In this document: one piece after another, positions 20,156-29,713 of the stretch
How the letters are laid out: the number at the start of each line of letters is the position of its first letter
Numbering within the stretch: the stretch's first letter is position 1
Origin: a virus
Strand: one strand, 5' to 3'
Length of the DNA stretch: 64,000 bases
IMG/VR virus record: IMGVR_UViG_3300035703_000022
Location: 1-64,000 of that record
Notes under the pieces: generated by a model
What the model was told of the DNA's origin: nothing
The model's database searches: none
What the model saw: the letters and a program-made list of their open reading frames with translations, nothing else
Program-made: the position numbers and the translations under genes

Positions 20156-21450
20156 TGTTTTGCTCCGTATAATCCGTAGGAGTCTCTAATTAGTTTTAGT
20201 GACGATACCATTTGACCACTTTCAAAATGATGCCTAACTTCTTTTATTAAGTAATTGCCGCTTTGTTCAGAGTCCACTTCACTAGATTGAGATGCATCAA
20301 TTTTTTGAAATTGTGTATAAATTATGTTTCCGGCTTTCAAATTGACGTTCATTGGTACTACAATATTTAGTGACTGAGTGAACAATAAATTGTAACGAGA
20401 AAAGGATTTTGCCATGTCTGTGTTATCTCTGCCAGAATCCTCAGTTTTTCCTGAATTATCTAATATTCCAACATCTGCAGATCTAAAAAGAATTCTTGAA
20501 GGTCTATTGCCAAAATCTTTTGGGAATGGTGGTTTGGATCCACCAAGTTTTGATTTGACTTCAGAATTTATACTATAAGTAATTCCGCTAATTTTATTTT
20601 GATACAAATCATAAAAATATGTAATATTGGCGTACATTCCCACTCTAAGAGATTTCATTAAGTCAATGTTTTTTTCAAAATTATAATTTAAAATATTGAA
20701 ATTAGCAGCTAGATTTCCAGATTCTGTAATTCCCGGATTATAATTGTATTTTGGTATTGATTCTTTTGATGTACTTCCATCTTGAGATTTTGTTGCAGAA
20801 ACTAACGTATCAATACTTCTGAAATGAAATCCATCTTTATTCTCATAAAATAAAAACCCAGCAACCCCCCTTGCGGTTGTTCCATTATTTCCTGATGATG
20901 ATGTAGCTGGAATACTTTTTGGTCCTAACCAAGTTAAAATATGAAAAGGTTTCTTAAGAGTTCCAATAAAACTATATGAGTTGGATGTTTTTTCAATATT
21001 AGTACTTTTAAATTTTTTTGTTTTTAAAACGTCTTTAAGTATTGAGTTTACATGGTCATTGATTGGTTTTTTGTTATATTTCTTTTGCACTCTAGCAGTT
21101 TCATTTGTTAATGCCTCTCTTGAACATAAATGAAGTGTAAAAAATTCCTTAGTACCATCAGAAACTATTCCACTCACTTTATAAACATACATTGCATAAT
21201 CACCGTCTAATTTAAAGTTTCCACTTAAAGTTTCAATATCAATCGCAACCTTTTCTCCTCCTCGAATAGGTAGACTGTTGAATATTGTATACGTAGCAGC
21301 AACTTGGATCGTCATTGTCACACATGGAGACAAAATATCTTCAAAATAATCTATAAAAACAATAGCGTTTGTTAAATCAAATTTATTTTTTGTTTCTGAA
21401 GATTCAATGATTACTGAATTATACTTTAGTGTAGTTAACGCATTAGACAT
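20152..21450 (-). CDS. Baseplate hub protein (gp27-like)
   Basis: IDYFEDILSP, FLFYENKDGFHFRSID and SGNYLIKEVRHHF motifs of phage hub proteins; genomic position. Confidence 0.6.
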   Translation of the reverse strand: MSNALTTLKYNSVIIESSETKNKFDLTNAIVFIDYFEDILSPCVTMTIQVAATYTIFNSLPIRGGEKVAIDIETLSGNFKLDGDYAMYVYKVSGIVSDGTKEFFTLHLCSREALTNETARVQKKYNKKPINDHVNSILKDVLKTKKFKSTNIEKTSNSYSFIGTLKKPFHILTWLGPKSIPATSSSGNNGTTARGVAGFLFYENKDGFHFRSIDTLVSATKSQDGSTSKESIPKYNYNPGITESGNLAANFNILNYNFEKNIDLMKSLRVGMYANITYFYDLYQNKISGITYSINSEVKSKLGGSKPPFPKDFGNRPSRILFRSADVGILDNSGKTEDSGRDNTDMAKSFSRYNLLFTQSLNIVVPMNVNLKAGNIIYTQFQKIDASQSSEVDSEQSGNYLIKEVRHHFESGQMVSSLKLIRDSYGLYGAKQ

Positions 21451-21451
21451 A

Positions 21452-23404
21452 TTACGTTCCCGATAAGTTCGTTAACAAGATGGTTTTAAATAAACTATTT
21501 AACACTTGACCTTCAGGGGTTGGTGGCATAATAGTTGTTGTCCCTCCTCCACTTGCAGAAACAACCATTGGTCTTTGTTGAGTTCCACCTCCTCCACCCA
21601 TGACAATTGGCATCAAGGTTACACTTGATTGTGGTAAATTATAATCGGGATATTGTTCAATTTGTTTTGGTGTTGTTGGTTGTTGCGAAACAGCTTGAAT
21701 TTGTTTGGGAACAACTGGAGCGGACAACTTCATTTCTTTCCAGTCATAACCTTTCGATTCAGCCCAACTAACTGCTTGTTGTTTTTGTTCAGTTGACATG
21801 TTTTTCCACGCATCTTCTATTCTTCCTCTTGCAAATGGATTATTTCTATACTGCCATGCTTGTTCAAATTTTGCAACTGTATCTGGACTTGGTTTTGATG
21901 TGGAAGTAGGAATAGGTTTGGTTTGGCTCACGGCAGTGGCTTGTGGTGGACCTTGGGTTTGTGGTTGTGGCTTAAGACCTTCCATTTCACCAGTTTCTTT
22001 TCCTTTGGATTTAATTTCTCCTTTTTCTTGTGAAAGTCCACCTTTTGATCCTGGTTTTAAATGTCCAATCCAAGTTCTGGTTCCTTGAATATAACCAGCA
22101 ATTCCACCTCTACCATATCCACCAAAACCAGATCCTGTAGGCCCTACGTCTGTTAATGGTACTGGAACTTTTGTCCCTTTTTTTACAAACACATCAATAG
22201 ATTTTCCTGTTCCACTATGAGTATGTGCTTTTCTAGCAGCTTCAACATAAGATCTTAATTGTTCATCAGTATACTTCTTTTTGGGATCCAAGTCCACTCC
22301 AGGATTTAAGTAGACAGGAGAACCTTGTTGTAATAGTGCTTTTACTACCATTGTTGTATCTTTAGTTACTGCAGCTGCACTATCGGACTGAAAATGTCCA
22401 TGAACCCAATTTGGAGCATTACTAACATTGCCAGTTTCTCCAAATTCAGCATTTCCTGTTCCGTATTTAATTGATTCTGCTCCACCATCTGGAGTTCCTT
22501 CAGGGAGATCTGGAACATCTTCTCCAGTCAATTCTTCATCATATCCGATTGGGGTCGTTATTGTTTCAGCTAAATTTAAATTAATAATAGACTTTTCAAA
22601 CTGAGTAACTACGGAATCAAACTTATCCAATACCTGTGGTAATGTCGCTGTTGTTTTAGCTGCGGCTGTGGCTTTTTGTTTTTGTTCTTGTTGTTTAAGT
22701 TTTGTTTTTGTTTTTTCTTTTACACTACCCTCTCCAGTTGCTTTTTCATACGCTCTATCAGCTAAATATCCACCTGCAAAGGATCCTAAAGTGCCTACTG
22801 CAGCTCCCAATACGAAACCAAGTCCAGGTATAGGAACCAAAGCTTGACCAATTGTTCCAGCTAATGCTACCCCGGCAAGTCCTCCAGCAGCTGCACCAAC
22901 TGCAGCTCCTCCTGCACCAGCAGCTGCTTTCCCTGTAGATTCTCCTTGAGATATGCCCTCTGCAAAATCTAAACCAGCTAAAGCTGCGGATAAAATTGGT
23001 AGTCCCCTAACTCCTGGAAGTCTGATTCTTCTTCCTTTAGGAATTGGTTTTCCCGCTTTTGGTTTTGCTTTTGGTTTCCCACCTTTACCTCCTTTTCTTC
23101 CCCCAAATAAATCTCCAACTAGTCCAGCAGCATCTAATGCACCACTAGCTAAACTAGCCAATAAACTTCCAGCAGATCCAAATGTGGCAGAAACATTGAT
23201 ATTAGCTAGTTTCTTTACCTTTTTTTCATCTGGAAGTTTAATTGATTCTAAATTTTTCACCTCAGTGGTCATAAATCTCAAAAATTCATTATATGAACGT
23301 TGTGTAGATTTTATTTGAGATTTAGATCTAGTAACATTAACAATATTGTTAAGAGCAGTTACTAGGGGTGACTGAAGTGGAGTTTCTTTTTTGGGAGTAG
23401 CCAT
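21452..23404 (-). CDS. Tail-associated protein with Gly/Ala-rich region and degenerate M23-like peptidase
   Basis: HTHSGTGKSIDVFVKKGTKV..GGYG..WIGHL resembles the M23 HxxxD..GTPV..GYG..HL layout. Confidence 0.5.
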   Translation of the reverse strand: MATPKKETPLQSPLVTALNNIVNVTRSKSQIKSTQRSYNEFLRFMTTEVKNLESIKLPDEKKVKKLANINVSATFGSAGSLLASLASGALDAAGLVGDLFGGRKGGKGGKPKAKPKAGKPIPKGRRIRLPGVRGLPILSAALAGLDFAEGISQGESTGKAAAGAGGAAVGAAAGGLAGVALAGTIGQALVPIPGLGFVLGAAVGTLGSFAGGYLADRAYEKATGEGSVKEKTKTKLKQQEQKQKATAAAKTTATLPQVLDKFDSVVTQFEKSIINLNLAETITTPIGYDEELTGEDVPDLPEGTPDGGAESIKYGTGNAEFGETGNVSNAPNWVHGHFQSDSAAAVTKDTTMVVKALLQQGSPVYLNPGVDLDPKKKYTDEQLRSYVEAARKAHTHSGTGKSIDVFVKKGTKVPVPLTDVGPTGSGFGGYGRGGIAGYIQGTRTWIGHLKPGSKGGLSQEKGEIKSKGKETGEMEGLKPQPQTQGPPQATAVSQTKPIPTSTSKPSPDTVAKFEQAWQYRNNPFARGRIEDAWKNMSTEQKQQAVSWAESKGYDWKEMKLSAPVVPKQIQAVSQQPTTPKQIEQYPDYNLPQSSVTLMPIVMGGGGGTQQRPMVVSASGGGTTTIMPPTPEGQVLNSLFKTILLTNLSGT

Positions 23405-23407
23405 ATC

Positions 23408-25192
23408 TTATCCGTCCACTATGTTATAAACCATTTTAGAATATAATGTAAGGAAATTATCATGATTTGATGATGTTAAAAATGGAACTGTTACTCCACC
23501 TTTACTCATCACTGGAGGAGGAGCTATTGTGTCTCCCACTTTTGTGGATTGCGTTTGTGGTGAAGAAACGTTTAAAGGTGCAATGTTGACTTGTGGAGCT
23601 TGTTGAATAGGTGGTTGCGATACTGTTTGTGCAATTTGTTGTTGGGTTGCAACTTGTGTTTGTGATGCTGCAACTGTTGATGGTTTTATTTGGGTAGTTG
23701 CAGCTGTAACTCCTGTTGGTTGACTGCCAAGTTTACCTATTGGTCCACTAAAGTTATAAAAATAATTTCCACCAGGCCTGAATTGAAGATCTCCAGACTG
23801 TTGTTGTCTACCACCATAAAAATTCAAAGCACCTTTTACATTTTGTCTAGACATTTCCAAATATTTTGGATCATTAAGTATTTTTGCGGCAACACCAGCG
23901 GATCCTCCTCCAAATAGATTTTGAAGTTTATTTAAACCATCAGGTTCATTAGCAATTTGTTGTAATGCTTGAAATTTTTCTTGTGGAGTTTTTCCTGGTA
24001 GTTTTGCAGCAATGGGTCCATATTTTGCAGCTGCAGCAGGATCTGCACTTTTTCCAAAAATTGCAGCAGATATTGGTGAAAACTGGTCATAGCCAGACAA
24101 AACCCCTGACAATCCTTTACCATATTTACCAGAAGCTGAACGATTTAACATCACTTGCATTGCATCAGCAGCATTTTCTGGAGAAGACGCTTCCATACTT
24201 GCAACAAATGCTGCTAATTTTTCATCTCCTGGTGCAGAACTAGTCGCAGGAGTTGTTGGAGTCGCACCACTTTTGGTTCCTGCAGGTTTTGATTTTTCTG
24301 GTTGTTTTGAACTAGGAGATGTTCCACCACCTGTCGGTTGAGTCTTTTTGACATTTGATAATGAATCTATTGCTTTTGAAAATCTATCTAAAATGGAATT
24401 AAAACGATCCAATAAAACACCTGGTATTGTTCCTTCGGCCATTGGTGCAGCTTGAACATCCCCACCAATGTCCAACATTCCACTCACTACTTTAGATCCT
24501 AGTCCACCAGCTAATGCAGCTCCACCTAACATTAAACCGGCTTTACCACCTCTAGCTACTTTGGAAAGTAGACTCATTGGACCTTTTCTGAGACCAGCTC
24601 CAGGAATATCAATATCTAAATTTAAACCTCCACCACCTGCGTTAGCTGTAGGTAAGTTGGAAAGTTGTTTTACGATCTTTACAATTGTTTGGCGAATAAT
24701 TTTTGCTATATTGAATGTTTCAGTGAATACATTTTGTAAGGCTTTTAAATTATCTCCAAGAGTTTTTATATTTTTTCTATTACCTAAAAATTGAATATAA
24801 CCAATTGCTTCTTTGTATAAATTTAAGAAATTTTGTAAAATTGAGTTGGGTCTTGCAGCATCAATTCTATTCAATCTTTCTCCATAATCTTTTTCTAGTT
24901 TACCAATTCTAGTATCAACTATTTGAGTTACATTTTGATTTATTGATTGTACTCTATTCTCTACATTATTTAAAATATTTGATGATAAAGTTTGAATAAT
25001 TGAGTTTAAATCTGGTGGTTTAGGAGTAACAACTCCTGCGCCCCTCTGGAATCCGACAATTTTGTTGGCAGCACTTGCAACAACTCCAGATCCAAGAGGC
25101 GATCCTCCAGTTATAAAATTTTGAGCAGCTGAAACCGTTGCTCTTCGTTCTTTTACGATACTAGATGGATTGAGTAGTGAACTAACTGCCAC
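23408..25192 (-). CDS. Hub/tape-measure-like protein with SleB-type cell-wall hydrolase domain
   Basis: MEASSPENAADAMQVMLNR..YGKGLSGVL..QFSP matches the Hydrolase_2 layout. Confidence 0.6.
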   Translation of the reverse strand: MAVSSLLNPSSIVKERRATVSAAQNFITGGSPLGSGVVASAANKIVGFQRGAGVVTPKPPDLNSIIQTLSSNILNNVENRVQSINQNVTQIVDTRIGKLEKDYGERLNRIDAARPNSILQNFLNLYKEAIGYIQFLGNRKNIKTLGDNLKALQNVFTETFNIAKIIRQTIVKIVKQLSNLPTANAGGGGLNLDIDIPGAGLRKGPMSLLSKVARGGKAGLMLGGAALAGGLGSKVVSGMLDIGGDVQAAPMAEGTIPGVLLDRFNSILDRFSKAIDSLSNVKKTQPTGGGTSPSSKQPEKSKPAGTKSGATPTTPATSSAPGDEKLAAFVASMEASSPENAADAMQVMLNRSASGKYGKGLSGVLSGYDQFSPISAAIFGKSADPAAAAKYGPIAAKLPGKTPQEKFQALQQIANEPDGLNKLQNLFGGGSAGVAAKILNDPKYLEMSRQNVKGALNFYGGRQQQSGDLQFRPGGNYFYNFSGPIGKLGSQPTGVTAATTQIKPSTVAASQTQVATQQQIAQTVSQPPIQQAPQVNIAPLNVSSPQTQSTKVGDTIAPPPVMSKGGVTVPFLTSSNHDNFLTLYSKMVYNIVDG

Positions 25193-25367
25193 GGTTTGCT
25201 GCCTGCTGCGCCTTTAAAGTTTCTTCTTCAATATGTTGTTTCAACAGAGTGAGGTAAATATCTCTCTCCCAAGGCATCATATTTTCAATCTCCGTCAAAG
25301 AGTATTTATGGAACTGCATGAGAGCAAAATTGATACGGAAATATGACTCAAGATCAATATGAGCCAT
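25182..25367 (-). CDS. gp51: Baseplate hub assembly catalyst gp51
   Basis: YFRINFALMQFHKYSLTEIENMMPWERDIY. Confidence 0.85.
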   Translation of the reverse strand: MAHIDLESYFRINFALMQFHKYSLTEIENMMPWERDIYLTLLKQHIEEETLKAQQAANRGS

Positions 25368-25369
25368 GA

Positions 25370-26098
25370 TTAACCGAAAAAACTTGTTAGACCCTCCAGA
25401 GTTACAGTATTCTCTACTTTGGTGTTTGGATTCATGACAGTAAAAGTATGAGATAATCTAGGCATCGTCTCAAAAAACTTTTCAATTTTCTTAAATTGAT
25501 CTGCGTTCATACTTTCAATAAATTCAACCAACTCTTTCTTTGTGACATCCACGGCGGCCCAAGCTTCTTCTTCTGTGAAGATAGATTCAATACAAGAAGA
25601 GATAATATCAAAAGATCTTTCAATAGTTGATATGGACTCTTGGGTTGTAAAATCAAAATTATTTTTGATAAATTGATCCAATGAAGGATATTTCATTTTA
25701 ATAACAATTTGATCATCAATTCGTATCTCTGTAGTATGTTCTCCATCTTTTTGGACTTCAATTTCATCCACAAAGACTTTAACTGGAACCTCTGTTGTGC
25801 CGTCATCTGAACATGTAACAATTAAATCTATGGATTCTCCTACCGATTTTCCACGAACATTCAGAAAGATGTATTCTATATCAAAAGATGGTAATTCTTC
25901 TACTTTTATACCTTTTGTTAAAATACAATCTTTTAGTACTGATTTAATAGCTAAAGTAATTTGTTTAATGTCTTGACTTTCTAAAGCTAAAATTAAAACT
26001 TTTTCTTCTTTAACTAAAAAAGGTCTATATTTTATAGGTTTTCCAGTAGAAGGTAGTTTGAGTTCATACGTTGGCGTAGCAATTTTAGGTAATGGCAT
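25370..26098 (-). CDS. gp26: Baseplate hub subunit gp26
   Basis: MPLPKIATPTYELKLPS..YRPFLVKEEK..FDIEYIFL..RGKSVGE..LEGLTSFF. Confidence 0.9.
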   Translation of the reverse strand: MPLPKIATPTYELKLPSTGKPIKYRPFLVKEEKVLILALESQDIKQITLAIKSVLKDCILTKGIKVEELPSFDIEYIFLNVRGKSVGESIDLIVTCSDDGTTEVPVKVFVDEIEVQKDGEHTTEIRIDDQIVIKMKYPSLDQFIKNNFDFTTQESISTIERSFDIISSCIESIFTEEEAWAAVDVTKKELVEFIESMNADQFKKIEKFFETMPRLSHTFTVMNPNTKVENTVTLEGLTSFFG

Positions 26099-26124
26099 AT
26101 AATGATGTAATCAGGTAAATTTAT

Positions 26125-27096
26125 TTAGAATGGTTGGAAAGATGGGGAAACATCAATTGCAGAGTTAACTCCAAACGTTGGATTATTGTAATCAATATTT
26201 GTATTGTTACCCCAAGTAATAGAAGGAACTGAAAGACTTATATTTTCTCCATTTTCGGTTATAAATGGATTATTATAATCATTTTGTCCAGTTCCAAAAT
26301 GATTTAAAATTACATATCTATCATAGTTAAAAGTTACTGTTGTTTTGGTAATAGTGCTTCCCTCATAAGTTACTGGCAATGCCGTTAAATTTGTTGGGAA
26401 TGAATTGATAAATTTATATGTCAACATTGAAGGAGTTTTATTAACATCTCCACTACTTGGATCTACAACAATATCTCTTTCAAACTTAGTTATAGCTAAA
26501 TCTCTTTTATATGTGTTTGGATATCTAAATCTAAAAAATTGTTCATCTCCAAATTGACCAACTCCACCTCTAGGATTTCCAGTAACTAGTCTTCCTCGTG
26601 TGTTATAAAGTGGATTTATGAAATTTATCCATTCCTCAAATAAACGAATAATACCATATTCAGCGTCAACATAAAAAGTCATGGTGACTTCTGGGAAATC
26701 TCTACGATTTGGAAATCTTTCTATAATTCCTTGTCTACTTCCGGTTTCTTCAATCATACTGAAAGATACCCCTGGAAGAGCAGTCTCATTGCACATAAAT
26801 TCATAACGAAGTGAATTCAAATATGATTGCCCACCATTAAACAAGTTTGACCCCAAAACACCACAAGTAACTAACCAAGCATTAATATCGGAATCGGAAT
26901 TTGTGGTTGGATAAGTATCTCCCAAAAATAAAGTAACTTTAAATTGACTTGTGACTGATAGTTCGCCAAATAATTCACTAACTCCTGGTAAAGCTGCACG
27001 GCCATCGTTAGTATTCCTAGGAAGAGTCATCCTTAAATAGATTGGATCTATTCTATACGGATTTGAAGGAAAATCGGGTCTGAATGGCTCAGCCAT
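26125..27096 (-). CDS. Tail-tube-fold protein (gp54/gp19-like)
   Basis: MCNETALPG, VTMTFYVD..FEEW, FPT..L..TVTFNYDRY. Confidence 0.6.
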   Translation of the reverse strand: MAEPFRPDFPSNPYRIDPIYLRMTLPRNTNDGRAALPGVSELFGELSVTSQFKVTLFLGDTYPTTNSDSDINAWLVTCGVLGSNLFNGGQSYLNSLRYEFMCNETALPGVSFSMIEETGSRQGIIERFPNRRDFPEVTMTFYVDAEYGIIRLFEEWINFINPLYNTRGRLVTGNPRGGVGQFGDEQFFRFRYPNTYKRDLAITKFERDIVVDPSSGDVNKTPSMLTYKFINSFPTNLTALPVTYEGSTITKTTVTFNYDRYVILNHFGTGQNDYNNPFITENGENISLSVPSITWGNNTNIDYNNPTFGVNSAIDVSPSFQPF

Positions 27097-27097
27097 C

Positions 27098-27105
27098 TAT
27101 AAATA
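27098..27105 (+). promoter_or_regulatory. T4-type late promoter
   Basis: TATAAATA about 20 nt upstream of gp4. Confidence 0.75.
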
Positions 27106-27124
27106 TTACTTAAGGATCTATAAT

Positions 27125-27568
27125 ATGTATATGAGTTATAAGGGAAAATACCGTCCAGAAAATCCAAAAAAATATAAAGGAGACCCCACAAATATCATCT
27201 ATCGTTCTTTGTGGGAAAGAAAATTTTGTAGGTATTGTGACTTAAACGAAAATGTGAGTCAATGGCAGTCAGAAGAATTTTGGATTCCCTATAAGTCTCC
27301 ACTAGATGGAAAAATTCACAGATATTTTCCAGATTTTTTTGTCAAGTATAAAGATAAAAATGGAAATACACGAACTGTAGTTATAGAAATAAAACCAAAA
27401 AAAGAAGTAGAAATGCCAGAACAAAACCCCAAAAGAAGAACAAAGGCTTGGGCATATAAAGTTGAGACTTGGGTAAAAAATCAAGCAAAATGGAAAGCAG
27501 CAAGAGAATATTGTGCAGATAGAAATTATGAATTTAAAATTATGACTGAAGAGGATTTAGGAATATGA
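27125..27568 (+). CDS. gp4: Head completion nuclease gp4
   Basis: YKGKY.P.NP.KYKGDP..I.YRSLWE..HRYFPDF..IEIKP..NQAKWKAA. Confidence 0.92.
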   Translation: MYMSYKGKYRPENPKKYKGDPTNIIYRSLWERKFCRYCDLNENVSQWQSEEFWIPYKSPLDGKIHRYFPDFFVKYKDKNGNTRTVVIEIKPKKEVEMPEQNPKRRTKAWAYKVETWVKNQAKWKAAREYCADRNYEFKIMTEEDLGI

Positions 27569-28092
27569 GTTTTGATGGCACCTTTGAACCAGGAAAAGGA
27601 TTTGGATACGATCTTATAAAAAAGTACAAAGGGAAAAATATTAAGACTGACACATATACTGGAGAATTGCGTCAATATCTTGGTGAACTTGAACAATTTA
27701 ATATAAACGAAACTGATACTGGAGGTATAGAAGTAGGTAGATTGTACTTCTTTATCTATGGAATATCTAGTCCTAATCTTCAATTTTATGATGCTCAACC
27801 ATTAACATATATCACTAAAATAGATTATTCCAATGGATATTTTATTGGTGTGAATTTACATTATTTGAATAGAAAATATCGTGAAGGAATTGCAAAAGGT
27901 TTAATAAATAATGGCAGCACTGTAGGTGTACCTCGAAATACGATTCATCGTTACTTTTTTTCTGGAGTTAGTGGAGGATTTTTAAGAGTTCCAGAAAAAG
28001 ATTGGCCCTCCGTTGCATTATTACCTACTGAAAAATTTGTTGATAATAGAGGACAACCCTTCCCAAATCACAAAGCTTGGAGCAAATCATAA
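27565..28092 (+). CDS. gp2: DNA end protector gp2-like
   Basis: GRLYFFIY..YDAQPL..GVNLHYL..R..LPTEKF. Confidence 0.75.
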   Translation: MSFDGTFEPGKGFGYDLIKKYKGKNIKTDTYTGELRQYLGELEQFNINETDTGGIEVGRLYFFIYGISSPNLQFYDAQPLTYITKIDYSNGYFIGVNLHYLNRKYREGIAKGLINNGSTVGVPRNTIHRYFFSGVSGGFLRVPEKDWPSVALLPTEKFVDNRGQPFPNHKAWSKS

Positions 28093-29712
28093 GTGTCCTA
28101 TAGAAACGTCAAATCACCATTAGTTACTAAAAATGGAGTTCCTTATGATCTTCAATATAATTTGACAACTGGTGATGTTCAAATTATACAACAAAATGCT
28201 CCCACAAATACAAAACCCATCTATCAAGATGGTAAATGGAATGCATCTGCAACTGAATTGGGATTTTCTGAAATAGAAAAAAATCAACTGCATGTACAAA
28301 CAATCATAGCAGTTCAAACTGCATATAAGAATATAGGTGGAGTTAATTCTGGGTCAATATTAGCTCAATGGGCTTCTGAAAATTTTACAACAGGAATTCC
28401 CGAACAATCATCAATTCAACCACAAAATGCAGTTTCAGGAAGAGTTGGAGCTATAGGGGGCGGTGGACTTCTTACTGGAGCGGGAACTCAAGTTGCAGCA
28501 GCTCCAGGAACAGGATCTGGAACTGGAACTGGGGGTGGAGGAACGCCTATAAGTGGAGCTCCTACAACAACTACTAGTGGTGGTGGCACCAACCGTGGAG
28601 TTGGTGGTGGTGGCGGAGTTGGAGATCTATTTGGATTTTTAGAAGATCCCAAATCGGCATACAAAAATTTTGCCGTCAATGGCGATAAATTTGGAATGAA
28701 AAATGAGAAAGAATTATTCAGTAAAGAAATGAAATATCCTGTTGATTTAATGACAAGTCAACAGGATCATTTTGCAATTTCTCAATTTAGATATAGACCA
28801 TCTAAAAGCGAGGCTATTTTCGGAGGTACTCAGGAAGCCGTAACTACACTAACCAACGGAATTCAAGCTGTATCAAATTTGAGTCAAATTATCGGAACAG
28901 TTTTCCTTCCTATGCCCAATAGTGTTGCTGATAGTAATAATGTTAATTGGGGTGAAGATTCTATGGGAAATATTGCGGCTGCAATATCTGCAAATACCAT
29001 GGGAAATCTTAAAGGCACCGCTGCATCTGCAGCAGCTGGAGCTGGACTTGGATTATTGACTGGTGCTGGAATGCAGCAAGGTGCTGGATATGGCGTATTA
29101 GTGAAAAACTTATATGATTTGGCGCAAAAAGGTGCAGTAAGTCAAGAATTATCTATGTTAATAGGATCTGAAGGAGTATCAAAATTACTAAAACTTCAGG
29201 GAATGGGTGTTGAATCAGAATCAATCCTTGCAAGAGGTGCTGGAGTTGTTCCAAATTCAAATCTTGAACTTCTTTTTAATTCACCCGTTCTTAGGCAATT
29301 CACATTTAACTATAGATTATCCCCAAGAAGTGTAGAAGAAGCTGAGAGAATTAGAAGAATTATTAGATTTTTTAAACAAGGAATGGCAGTTAAAAAAATG
29401 AGTGGTAAGTCTGGGGAAGCATCTTTCTTTTTGGGGACTCCAAATGTTTTTAAATTAGAATACAGGACAGGAGGATCTCGTCCAATTGATGGTGTGAATA
29501 AATTTAAAAGTTGTGCATTAGTCAGTTTTAGTTGTAATTATACTCCTGATGGATTATGGGCTGCATATGAAAAGGGTCAACCAATTTCAACAGTTATGCA
29601 AATGAGTTTTAGCGAACTTGAACCAATATATGATACCGATTACCAAGAAGGAAATATTTTTGGTGGAAGGAATGATCTATCTTCAGTAAGTGCAAACTCC
29701 GTAGGATACTAA
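28093..29712 (+). CDS. gp48: Baseplate tail-tube cap gp48
   Basis: LPMP..D.N.V.W, NLELLFNSP.LRQFTF..PRS..E..IIRFFK, NYTPDG, F.ELEPIY. Confidence 0.85.
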   Translation: MSYRNVKSPLVTKNGVPYDLQYNLTTGDVQIIQQNAPTNTKPIYQDGKWNASATELGFSEIEKNQLHVQTIIAVQTAYKNIGGVNSGSILAQWASENFTTGIPEQSSIQPQNAVSGRVGAIGGGGLLTGAGTQVAAAPGTGSGTGTGGGGTPISGAPTTTTSGGGTNRGVGGGGGVGDLFGFLEDPKSAYKNFAVNGDKFGMKNEKELFSKEMKYPVDLMTSQQDHFAISQFRYRPSKSEAIFGGTQEAVTTLTNGIQAVSNLSQIIGTVFLPMPNSVADSNNVNWGEDSMGNIAAAISANTMGNLKGTAASAAAGAGLGLLTGAGMQQGAGYGVLVKNLYDLAQKGAVSQELSMLIGSEGVSKLLKLQGMGVESESILARGAGVVPNSNLELLFNSPVLRQFTFNYRLSPRSVEEAERIRRIIRFFKQGMAVKKMSGKSGEASFFLGTPNVFKLEYRTGGSRPIDGVNKFKSCALVSFSCNYTPDGLWAAYEKGQPISTVMQMSFSELEPIYDTDYQEGNIFGGRNDLSSVSANSVGY

Positions 29713-29713
29713 A

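Noticed and set aside
27125-27568. TnsA-like nuclease suggesting a Tn7-type transposon
   Set aside because: This is T4 gp4 in its normal gp4-gp2-gp48-gp53 context; no tnsB/tnsC or transposon ends seen
28440-28625. G-rich low-complexity tract in gp48
   Set aside because: Encodes an in-frame Gly/Thr linker with no regular DNA repeat unit
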